Shown in pieces: positions 1 to 9,850 of a DNA stretch of 64,000 nucleotides. The notes beneath the pieces were generated by a model. The model ran no database searches. It was not told the origin of the DNA and saw only the letters and a program-made list of their open reading frames with translations. The DNA is from a virus, in IMG/VR virus record IMGVR_UViG_3300020045_002314, positions 26,193-90,192 of that record; one strand, 5' to 3'. Both the position numbers and the translations under genes were made by a program. The first letter of the stretch is position 1. Each line of letters begins with the position of its first letter.

Positions 1-3000
1 TTGCAAAACAATACTCAATATGCTAATAATCCTTCTGAATTCTTAAAGCATTTATCTAATTCATTTAGTGGTAAAAATGCAGCTAAAGGTAAGAATGTAG
101 ATTTCTTAACTAGAATATATAATGATGCAATAACATCACAAGAAATTATAAAATCATTAACAACACAAGATAAAGTTAATTTAAAATATGTAAAATCATC
201 ATCAGGACAATATAATAAATCTAATAAACAAAGACCTTTATTTGAAGTATTTGATAAAACTAAAGGTAGATTAGCACATTATTCTAATGGTATATTACAA
301 TATAGAAATAGTGATGGAACAACGGATGCTGTGTATAATCAACAATTAATTGATACAGTACAGAAATTTAAAAAACCTAATGGTTATTATTGGGTTACTA
401 CTGAAAACTTTAATAAATCTGAATTTCCTATTAAATTAGGACAACGTAATATAACTACAGATGAAGCTTTAAATATATATAATGAATTATTAAAGAATAA
501 TTATAATCCTATATATAAATTATTAACTACTAATAAAATAAAAGATTTATTAAAACAAGTATCAGGTATAGATAAAGATATTAAATCGTATACTAGTCAA
601 GATTTAGATAAAACTAAATTTATGGAATTAGCAACTAATACATTTGTTGATTTTATATTTGGTAATGATAACGTAAAACATAATAGAAGTTCTTATGATA
701 ATTTAGGAAGTATATTTACAACTGATGTAAATTATGTATTAGATAATGAAGGTAATAAAATAGGAGTTACTACACCATTTGCTAGTACAACAAATATTTC
801 ATATGTTGAAAGAGCATTTACATTAATTTTAGAATTAGATAATACACAAGTTAATAATATAACTAAATTTGATAATACTAATCTTAATAATATTAAAAAT
901 GGTGTAGAAGAATTATTTAATTCTAATCCTGATTTAGCAAATATTGGTACACAAGAACAATACTCTGCTTATCTTGATACTATATTTCCTGATAGTAAAG
1001 TTAAAGATGTTGTTTATCATGGAGCTAATGAACCTATTGAAGGAGATAAATTTGTTGTAAGACCTGGTGCAACAGGTAATGGTATATGGTTTTCAGGTTC
1101 TAAACGATATGCCACACAAGTATTAAATAGAGCACCTCAGCAAGAATCTTTACTTGGAAGAAAGCTAAGAGGTGAACCTACAATGTATAGTGCTATATTA
1201 AATATTATAAACCCTAAACATTACAAAGATGCAAGTGGAGCAATATTAGCACAAAGCCCTGAAAGATTTCTAGAAGGAAAAATAGAAGAATATAGATTAC
1301 ATGGTAATGAACAATATAATAAAGATATAGATGACGGTGCATTATTTCATCATCCTAATTCAAAGAAACCAGATACAAGTGATTCTGCTGAACAAGTTGT
1401 AGTATTTAATCCTGACCAAATACATATTCTAGGTTCTAAACAAGATATTGAAGGATTTAAAGAATTTATAAATGATACTCCAATAATTACAGATATTTCA
1501 GTACAAGAATTAGAAGATATTTTAGATAAAGAAAAGCAAAAATTGTTAAACCCTTTAATTGAAGAGAAACAAGAATTAGAAACATTATTAGAAGAATATG
1601 AAGAATTTAAAAATATTAATAATATTAAAATAAAAGAACTTATTTTTTCTAATGAAATAAATATAAATTCTATTATTACTGATAATGTTACAGAAATAGA
1701 AATAGAAGAAATTGCTAAAGAAGAATATATTAAAATTGAAGAAGTTAAACCATTAATTGAAAAAACTTTAAATACTGTATTAAATGATAAACGTAAACTT
1801 ACTAATTTAAATTCAAAATTAAAAACTATAATCTCAAAAATATTAAAAACAATATTAACATTAGGTATTATATTTACATTACATACAAATTTTAAAAATG
1901 ATATTAAAGAATACAAAATAAAAGAAGTTATTAAAACTGAAGTAAATATAGATACTATTGATAATAGCTATGATAAATTAACTAATGATGGTAAAATAGC
2001 GTATTTACAAGAAAAACAAAATAATAAAGCATTTATAATAATTGATAAACCTACAGCAACTGCATACATATATGATAAAGATGGTAAACTAATAAAATAT
2101 TTTCCTGTATTATTAGGACAAAGTATTGGCGATGAAATAAGTAAATCAGATGCAAATTCGGATGTAGCCGAAAATGCTTTTACAACAAGTGGACGATATG
2201 TATTACAAGCTGCTCCTGAAAAAGTTTTAAGTGAATACAATAATAGACTTATGTATATAGATTCTGAAACAGGATTGGCTATACATGAAACTTATAAAGG
2301 TGAATTAAAAGAACGTACTAAAGCTTTAAATACTCCAACTATAGATGATAATCGTAAAACATGGGGATGTGTTAATGTAAGTTCTGAAAATTATGATATT
2401 TACTTAGCTCCTCATATACAACCAGGAAGTGTTATTATTATAACACGAGATTTTCAAAATAATATTGTTAAACCTATAAATATACAAGAATCTAAAAAAA
2501 CTTCTAAACAATCAAATGTTAGTTTTAATATTTTAGCATTATTAGGATTATCTTCATTATTACGTAAAAAACAAATATCAAATTTATCAGAACAAGATAT
2601 TGAATCTTTAAAAAATAGAATTATAGATATTAATAATAAAATTAATGAAATTAAAACCTATTATGCTAATATACGAATTAATAATAATTTAATACAAGAA
2701 TTAGAAGATGATGATTTACCTGATGTATTTCGTAGAACACCTATTAATCAAAAAGAAATTAATATTAAATCATCTTATGAATCAGCTAAACAATATCTTG
2801 AAGAAAGATTAGGTAATGTTAAATTTAATTGGTTAAATGAATATGTTGAAAGAATACCTGATGTAAAAACACATGGGTTTGTAAGTAATGCTGCTATAAC
2901 CTTAATAGAAGGTGCAGCATATGGTACAGAATATCATGAAGCATTTGAATATGTATTTAAATATTTAATTGGAGATACATATAAAAGTGAAGTTATTTCC

Positions 3001-6000
3001 GAAGCATCTAAATATTATAAAACAGATGATGTTAATTTATTAAGAGAACAACTTGCAGAAGATTATAGATTATATGAAATATTAAGAAATGAAGAGAATA
3101 AACCTAAAACAATTATAGATTTCTTTAAACATCTATTTAAAACACTTAGAGAATTTATATCACTTAGTCCATATACTAAAAGATTATTTGAAGATATTTA
3201 TAATGGTAGATTTGTTAATAAAGAAATATTGACAAATAATGAAAATGTAGGAATTATAGCTAATAATTATTTAAATTCAATTAAAGGATTTACACCTAGT
3301 AATTTAGATAGTAGTATAAATCTTACAGTAGCCTTGATGGTAGCTGCTCAAAATCATACTCAAATTATAAATGGTAAGCGTGTTAAATTATCAGATATAT
3401 CTATCGAAACAATTGTTACTAATAAAACTGATGATGGTTCGTTTAATAATAAATATAATATTAAACACGTAGTTATTAATATATTAGCTAAAAAGATTAA
3501 TACAATGTTTAAAGATAAATCAGAAGTATATAAAATTACTTATGATAAATTTAATGAACAATATATTACATCTTTAGATACTATTGAAGCAATTACATTT
3601 ACTAATTATTTAAATAATAATACAGCTATCCTAAATGATTTAAAATATAATAATACAGATGTATCAATATATTCTTTAGCTAGAAAATATATGAATGATA
3701 AATTATTTACATCATTTTATGATATTAATGATTTAGAAGAAATTAAAGATAATAGAGTAAATGCTTTAACTAAAATGTATGATGAAAATATATTTTCAGA
3801 ATCACATTCTTATAACTTTAGTCCTATTGTTAAACAATATCTTGCATCTATTAAAGAAAAAACATTTGATATAAATGGTGGAGTTATAGATAAATTAGAT
3901 GATTTTACAGGACTACCTAAATTTATAGATTTTGAAATATTATATAATAAATTAATTGATATTTTAGCAGGTACTCATACTATAGATGAAAAACTTAATG
4001 TACTTAAAACACATTCTAATTTTCATCCTACACTTAAAGAAATATATAATAAACTTACAGAATTACAAGATAATAAATTAGCCAATGAAGATTTATATAA
4101 TGCTTTTATGTCAGATTTTACAGGTACATACTTTGATGAATATGCTACTAATCTTACAGAAGAAGCTATATATTTAAATAAATTAAATCAGACACCTAAA
4201 GAAAATATATTAAATACTATTAAAGGAAATATATATTCTAATCAAGCTATTACTAAACTTACTATAGAAGATTTAAAAGGATATTTAACTATTATAAATT
4301 CTAGTACTAACAATTCTGAAATTATGGATATGTTAGTTAAAATATTTAATTATATATCTGTACCTATTACTAAAGATATTTTATATAGTTATATAAAAGA
4401 TGAAACTATTAATATAGATAATAAAACTACTTTATTAAAATCATTAGTCACAGAAGATAAATTAAATGGATTACTTAAAGTTGTTAATTCTAGTAATAAT
4501 AATAATAAAGATATTAATATCTATTTAGAAAAATATTCTGAAATGATTAATAAATATTCTTTAGCTAAATTAGAATTATCATATACCGATATTAATGGTA
4601 ATAAGAAATATTCATTTAGAAAATATAATACAATTAATGAATTCTTTAGTAAATTAAAATCTAAACATGAACCAAATCAAAATAGTGTTAAAGAATATTT
4701 AATGGAATTAATGTTAGATAATTCATATCATTATTCTAATTGGTTATTTAATAATAAAGGATTATTAGTTAAAGAAGGTAGTAGAGTTTCATTAAATACA
4801 AATCTTGTATCTAATTTTGATATAGCTTTATATGGAGGTAGTAAAAATGCTACTGGACAAACAAGTGGTTATCTTAGAGAAACTCACTTTGAACAAGCTA
4901 TCAATAATTTATCATGGTATATGAATTCAAAATTTATATCACCTATGCCTTTTGGAGATAGTACAAATCATTATATGATTAAAGCTATTAACTTTAAATT
5001 ATTACCTAATGATATAACCATTAAAGATAAATCAATTATATTAAGTGATAAATCAGATATATTTATAGCTTTACGTAATGTTATATTACAAGAGAAAATA
5101 AGAATGAGTGAAGCTAAAATGTATATGTATAATAAGGATGGTAAGTTAAAACCAGATTATGAATTAGAACAATTAAACCTTATTGAAAATGTACATTATA
5201 AAGTTGATAAATCAGGTAATAGAATTTATAGAGATGAAAAAGGAAATCCTGTAGGTAATATATTTAAATTTAATAATATAGAACTTACAGAAGATATTAT
5301 TTATAATGGTGAAGTACAACTTAATTTAGTCAATGAACAAGTTATTAATGATGCTATTCAGAAGCTTATTAATAATGAAATGAATTCAAACTTAGGTGTA
5401 TTGTATAAATCATTAAACTCTGAATTCCCTACTATATCTGATACAGAATTTAATAATATTATTTTAGAACTATTAATGAATACATTAATTACTAATGTTG
5501 AAATTGGTAATTTCTTCAATGGTAATATCATGCAACAAAGTAAAGTCGCAGGTGTTAATAAAAGAGCTAAAAAAGGTATTCAATTTGGTTATAATTTATA
5601 TAGTAATTCAACATTATCTACAATTGTAGTAAATGATAGAATGATTAATTTAAATACCAAAGGTGAATCTAATCGTAAAGAAACATATACTAATATTATA
5701 AATAGAGTATCTACTATTGTAAATACTAATTATAATAATAAATATAAAGATATTATATTAGCTAATATTAAATCTCAATATAGTGCTGATATTAATTCTA
5801 CAGATGGTTGGTCTATAATGACTATAGACGGATATGTAAAAATGTATTTAGAAGGTAAAGGTAGATTTAACGATTATAGATATTTATTTAATTATACTAA
5901 TGGTAAATATACACTTAAATCTAATTTATCTAAACAAGATATAAAAGCTGTATTACAAGTTATTAAACCTATTATGGTTGATATGAAATCTAATATTATA

Positions 6001-9000
6001 AAAGATGATAAAACTGAATATCGTGTAAATGTAGCACGTTATGAAAAACTATCAATCTTTATAATAGATGAATTATTTGTACAACCTGATAGTGAAATGC
6101 AAGAATTACTTACAGCGATGAATGAAGGTATTGATGGTAAACCTATAGACAGAATTATATTTGCATCAGGTAAGAAAGATGGTAACGTAAAAAGATATTC
6201 TATCTTTGATGAAAATGCTAAATTTAATAAAGATTTATTTAAAGCACAACCACATATTGTAGAAGATATACCAGTATCAAAATATAAAATACAATTAGAA
6301 GTACCTGATGATATTAGAGATAAAGAAATAAAAGTAGGAGTACAATTATATAAACATATAGCTAGTAATATAAATAATATACATTCTTACAAACCTTCTT
6401 TTTTAATTTCTAAAAATGATATATCAGGTAAACAATTAAAACAAGAACATCAAAATACATTTAGTTCTATAATTAAGAAACAATCAACTAATTTATTAAA
6501 AACATTATATGATAATTTAAATCTTAGAGATAATGCAGACCATACATTGATTTATAATAATTTAGTAAGAGCATTACAAGATAGAAATATACCTAATGAT
6601 ATTATTAAATCTATTAAATTAATTAATAAAAAGATTGTTACAGATTTAGGTGCTAATGGTATAAATGATAAAATAGTACCAGTTATTAATTCATTATTTA
6701 GAAATAATATAACAGATACTAAATTAGAAGGTGGACATACTGTTATTTTATCTGATGCTTTTTCTAATACAAGTTTAAAAGATGCAGAATATTCTGATGA
6801 TTTAAAATGTTATGCAGATGAAAATGGTAATTGGGTTGTAGAAGTATATATGCCTGTATGGAATTCTGAATTATTAGATGAATTAGGTAATCCAGTTGAT
6901 ATATCTAAATTAGATAATAAATTATTAAATGGGATTGGTTATCGTGTACCTATTACATCACAACATAGTATGGTTACATATAAAGTAAAAGGATTTACAC
7001 CTCCAACATCAGGTAGTGTAATTACATTACCTTCTAATTTAATAACACAAACAGGATGGGATTTTGATGTTGATAGTATTTATTTATTAACTAAAACCAT
7101 AAAGAAGATAAAAGGTAGATATTATGCTAATAGTTATAAACGTATAACTTATCAAGATTATTTAAATAATTCTATACTTGAAAATTATAACTTATCTGAA
7201 TTAACTGAAATATCAGCTAAATATATAAGTTTAGATTCTGAATTAAAAACATTAAATAAATCTTTAGATAATGCTGAATTAAAAACATCTACTAATTATA
7301 AAGAAAATTATAATAAATTACAATATCTATTAGAACGATATAATAAAGAGATAGATGTAGACAAAAAACAGAAGATGGAGAAAAGTCTATATAATTTAAG
7401 AGTTATGTTATTAATGGATGCTGCATTAGAAATAAATACAAATGTAGATGAAGAATTTAAATCTAAGTTTAAAACACTTAAAGATGAAAAAGATAAATAT
7501 TTTAAAGAGATAACTAAATTATTAATTAATAAAGGTTTAATTTATAAAGAAAGTAAGTTTGAAGAATTAGTTAAATCAGATATAACTACTGTACTTACTA
7601 TAGAACAATTACAAAATAGAATGATTGATATATGGACAGATATGTTAAGTCAAAATAATGGTTTTATAGCAATGGTTACATCTTCTACAATTAAACCTAA
7701 TGAATTAATTAGAGATGAAATAAATACTATATTTGAAAGTAATAAAGTAAGTAAAAGCCCTATATTAGCTAGTAATAATTTTAATACAAGAATTAATACA
7801 ACATCAGGAAAAGAGATGTTAGGTATTGCAGCTAATAGTGGTTCGATTATAACTATATTAGAAGAAGGTAGTGCAGTATTAAACTATGATTTACAAATAC
7901 CTTATTATATTGAATATAATGATGTAAATTTAAATAATGTACAAAATGATTATGGTAATTATGAAGTTATTACATTTAATAATCGTAAGTATATTAAAAC
8001 TAAATTTAAAAATATAGGTTGGAACGATAGTGGAGATACTAGAATGTTAACTAAATTATATGAAGATAATAACGATGTTGAATATACATATACTATTTCA
8101 GAATCTATAGGTTGGGATACAGACCATTCAGTAGATATTAATTCATCGTTAATGCCTAGAAATATAAATCGTAATACAATAGGTACTAATATTGCAGCTA
8201 AAATGTTGAAATTACCACCTAGATATATTACATTATTATTTAATCAAAAAATCATAGATGATATGTTAAATTTAATAAATAAACATAATCCTAATGATGG
8301 TAGATTAAATGCAAAAACAGCTATCGAAGATATTTATTTTACAATGTTATTTAAGAAATTAGCATATACTGATAATAAATTTAATAATAATGTTGAGTAT
8401 GTAGAAATGAATAGAGATTATATTAAACATAATACTGTATTATCGAATAAGTTATATAATGATAATAAAAGTGTATATGATATATTCAATATTGTAGATG
8501 AACCTTTTGATGAAGTTGATTTAAAAAACTTTATAATTGAAGGATTAGATATTCAAAAACAGCCAGTAGATAAACAAGTAGAGTTTATTAAGAAGCAACT
8601 TAATGTATTTAAAATGTATAAATATTTGAATAGTACATCAGAAGCAATGTTAGGTGAAACATCTAAAATGAATGCTGATAAAATAGATTCAGGTATAACA
8701 TTTGATGCTGTTACAGATTTAATTAAAGCTGTAGATAGTAAAGATAAAGTTGTTATATATACAAATACAGGTAAACCATTCTTAAAAGAATTATATAGTA
8801 ATCCTGATTTATATAAATTAATGTATACATATTATAAAGAAGGAGTTGAGAATTTATATAATATAGCTAAAGATTTATTTGGTTATTTAACACCTACTTT
8901 AAAAACTGAAATAGATGGATTCCATGAATTATATCCTTATGCTAGAAGAGAAGTTTATAAATTTATAAGAAGTATATATTATAGTATATATAAAGATTTT

Positions 9001-9840
9001 AATTTATTTAAATTAGCTAATGATGAAGTTAATCAAAATTTATATAACTTAAAAAATGATAATAGTTTAGTATCAAGAATAGTTAAATTAAAAAGTAAAC
9101 CTGAAAATCAACAACCTATTTGGTTACAATATATAAATGTTGTACCTTTTAGAAATAATCAAAACTACGCATATTTAACATTTACTAATTATAATAATAA
9201 AATGTTAAATTATATACATGATAGTTTTAATAATTATATAGATGAAAACATAGAAGATAATTATACACTTGTTGAAGATTTAGTTAAATATGCTTATTTC
9301 AAAGAAGGATTTACATATAAATATAGTAATATTTCTAATTTATTAACAGATTTTACATTTACTATTTTAGGTTTTAATGATTATAAAATAAATGCTTTTA
9401 ATAAAATTAAAACAGATACTTTAAATTTAGATACAAATAATATATTATTATCATTCTTATTAACTAATAGATATGATAATCAGTTTGTACCTAAAGTAAA
9501 AGTAACTAAAAAGAATAAAACATGGGATGTATTAAATGGTAATAAGATAAAGAATATTATTACTATTGATGCTACAAGTTATGCAAGATTATATAGTAAT
9601 ATTCAAAATGCTCCTATTGTTAGGCGAACAATTAAATATAATAATAAGTTTATAGATTTATTTTATTATAAAACATTTGATGAAGTTAATAAAATACATG
9701 AATATAAATTATTAGATACTAAAAAACTATTACCTTATACTAATATATCTTTAAATAATATTAATAATATAGATAATGTAGCAGGTGTTTCTTTTTATGA
9801 TAACGATGATATGTCAGTTGAATTATATTGTAACAATTAA
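1..9840 (+). CDS. Giant virion-associated RNA polymerase polyprotein, crAss-like, probably 5'-truncated by the window edge. It carries ART-like, L,D-transpeptidase-like and zincin-like domains.
   Basis: 3279-aa ORF open from base 1. Two-barrel RNAP metal-binding motif in TQTGWDFDVDS (DFDVD at nt 7060-7074), preceded by GYRVP. HEAFE zincin-like motif near nt 2935. IHET...TWGCVNV LDT-like motif near nt 2280-2380. VYHG...GIWFS...EQVVVFNPDQI ART-like segment at nt ~1000-1430. Confidence 0.85.
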   Translation: MQNNTQYANNPSEFLKHLSNSFSGKNAAKGKNVDFLTRIYNDAITSQEIIKSLTTQDKVNLKYVKSSSGQYNKSNKQRPLFEVFDKTKGRLAHYSNGILQYRNSDGTTDAVYNQQLIDTVQKFKKPNGYYWVTTENFNKSEFPIKLGQRNITTDEALNIYNELLKNNYNPIYKLLTTNKIKDLLKQVSGIDKDIKSYTSQDLDKTKFMELATNTFVDFIFGNDNVKHNRSSYDNLGSIFTTDVNYVLDNEGNKIGVTTPFASTTNISYVERAFTLILELDNTQVNNITKFDNTNLNNIKNGVEELFNSNPDLANIGTQEQYSAYLDTIFPDSKVKDVVYHGANEPIEGDKFVVRPGATGNGIWFSGSKRYATQVLNRAPQQESLLGRKLRGEPTMYSAILNIINPKHYKDASGAILAQSPERFLEGKIEEYRLHGNEQYNKDIDDGALFHHPNSKKPDTSDSAEQVVVFNPDQIHILGSKQDIEGFKEFINDTPIITDISVQELEDILDKEKQKLLNPLIEEKQELETLLEEYEEFKNINNIKIKELIFSNEININSIITDNVTEIEIEEIAKEEYIKIEEVKPLIEKTLNTVLNDKRKLTNLNSKLKTIISKILKTILTLGIIFTLHTNFKNDIKEYKIKEVIKTEVNIDTIDNSYDKLTNDGKIAYLQEKQNNKAFIIIDKPTATAYIYDKDGKLIKYFPVLLGQSIGDEISKSDANSDVAENAFTTSGRYVLQAAPEKVLSEYNNRLMYIDSETGLAIHETYKGELKERTKALNTPTIDDNRKTWGCVNVSSENYDIYLAPHIQPGSVIIITRDFQNNIVKPINIQESKKTSKQSNVSFNILALLGLSSLLRKKQISNLSEQDIESLKNRIIDINNKINEIKTYYANIRINNNLIQELEDDDLPDVFRRTPINQKEINIKSSYESAKQYLEERLGNVKFNWLNEYVERIPDVKTHGFVSNAAITLIEGAAYGTEYHEAFEYVFKYLIGDTYKSEVISEASKYYKTDDVNLLREQLAEDYRLYEILRNEENKPKTIIDFFKHLFKTLREFISLSPYTKRLFEDIYNGRFVNKEILTNNENVGIIANNYLNSIKGFTPSNLDSSINLTVALMVAAQNHTQIINGKRVKLSDISIETIVTNKTDDGSFNNKYNIKHVVINILAKKINTMFKDKSEVYKITYDKFNEQYITSLDTIEAITFTNYLNNNTAILNDLKYNNTDVSIYSLARKYMNDKLFTSFYDINDLEEIKDNRVNALTKMYDENIFSESHSYNFSPIVKQYLASIKEKTFDINGGVIDKLDDFTGLPKFIDFEILYNKLIDILAGTHTIDEKLNVLKTHSNFHPTLKEIYNKLTELQDNKLANEDLYNAFMSDFTGTYFDEYATNLTEEAIYLNKLNQTPKENILNTIKGNIYSNQAITKLTIEDLKGYLTIINSSTNNSEIMDMLVKIFNYISVPITKDILYSYIKDETINIDNKTTLLKSLVTEDKLNGLLKVVNSSNNNNKDINIYLEKYSEMINKYSLAKLELSYTDINGNKKYSFRKYNTINEFFSKLKSKHEPNQNSVKEYLMELMLDNSYHYSNWLFNNKGLLVKEGSRVSLNTNLVSNFDIALYGGSKNATGQTSGYLRETHFEQAINNLSWYMNSKFISPMPFGDSTNHYMIKAINFKLLPNDITIKDKSIILSDKSDIFIALRNVILQEKIRMSEAKMYMYNKDGKLKPDYELEQLNLIENVHYKVDKSGNRIYRDEKGNPVGNIFKFNNIELTEDIIYNGEVQLNLVNEQVINDAIQKLINNEMNSNLGVLYKSLNSEFPTISDTEFNNIILELLMNTLITNVEIGNFFNGNIMQQSKVAGVNKRAKKGIQFGYNLYSNSTLSTIVVNDRMINLNTKGESNRKETYTNIINRVSTIVNTNYNNKYKDIILANIKSQYSADINSTDGWSIMTIDGYVKMYLEGKGRFNDYRYLFNYTNGKYTLKSNLSKQDIKAVLQVIKPIMVDMKSNIIKDDKTEYRVNVARYEKLSIFIIDELFVQPDSEMQELLTAMNEGIDGKPIDRIIFASGKKDGNVKRYSIFDENAKFNKDLFKAQPHIVEDIPVSKYKIQLEVPDDIRDKEIKVGVQLYKHIASNINNIHSYKPSFLISKNDISGKQLKQEHQNTFSSIIKKQSTNLLKTLYDNLNLRDNADHTLIYNNLVRALQDRNIPNDIIKSIKLINKKIVTDLGANGINDKIVPVINSLFRNNITDTKLEGGHTVILSDAFSNTSLKDAEYSDDLKCYADENGNWVVEVYMPVWNSELLDELGNPVDISKLDNKLLNGIGYRVPITSQHSMVTYKVKGFTPPTSGSVITLPSNLITQTGWDFDVDSIYLLTKTIKKIKGRYYANSYKRITYQDYLNNSILENYNLSELTEISAKYISLDSELKTLNKSLDNAELKTSTNYKENYNKLQYLLERYNKEIDVDKKQKMEKSLYNLRVMLLMDAALEINTNVDEEFKSKFKTLKDEKDKYFKEITKLLINKGLIYKESKFEELVKSDITTVLTIEQLQNRMIDIWTDMLSQNNGFIAMVTSSTIKPNELIRDEINTIFESNKVSKSPILASNNFNTRINTTSGKEMLGIAANSGSIITILEEGSAVLNYDLQIPYYIEYNDVNLNNVQNDYGNYEVITFNNRKYIKTKFKNIGWNDSGDTRMLTKLYEDNNDVEYTYTISESIGWDTDHSVDINSSLMPRNINRNTIGTNIAAKMLKLPPRYITLLFNQKIIDDMLNLINKHNPNDGRLNAKTAIEDIYFTMLFKKLAYTDNKFNNNVEYVEMNRDYIKHNTVLSNKLYNDNKSVYDIFNIVDEPFDEVDLKNFIIEGLDIQKQPVDKQVEFIKKQLNVFKMYKYLNSTSEAMLGETSKMNADKIDSGITFDAVTDLIKAVDSKDKVVIYTNTGKPFLKELYSNPDLYKLMYTYYKEGVENLYNIAKDLFGYLTPTLKTEIDGFHELYPYARREVYKFIRSIYYSIYKDFNLFKLANDEVNQNLYNLKNDNSLVSRIVKLKSKPENQQPIWLQYINVVPFRNNQNYAYLTFTNYNNKMLNYIHDSFNNYIDENIEDNYTLVEDLVKYAYFKEGFTYKYSNISNLLTDFTFTILGFNDYKINAFNKIKTDTLNLDTNNILLSFLLTNRYDNQFVPKVKVTKKNKTWDVLNGNKIKNIITIDATSYARLYSNIQNAPIVRRTIKYNNKFIDLFYYKTFDEVNKIHEYKLLDTKKLLPYTNISLNNINNIDNVAGVSFYDNDDMSVELYCNN

Positions 9841-9850
9841 TTAAGTAATT

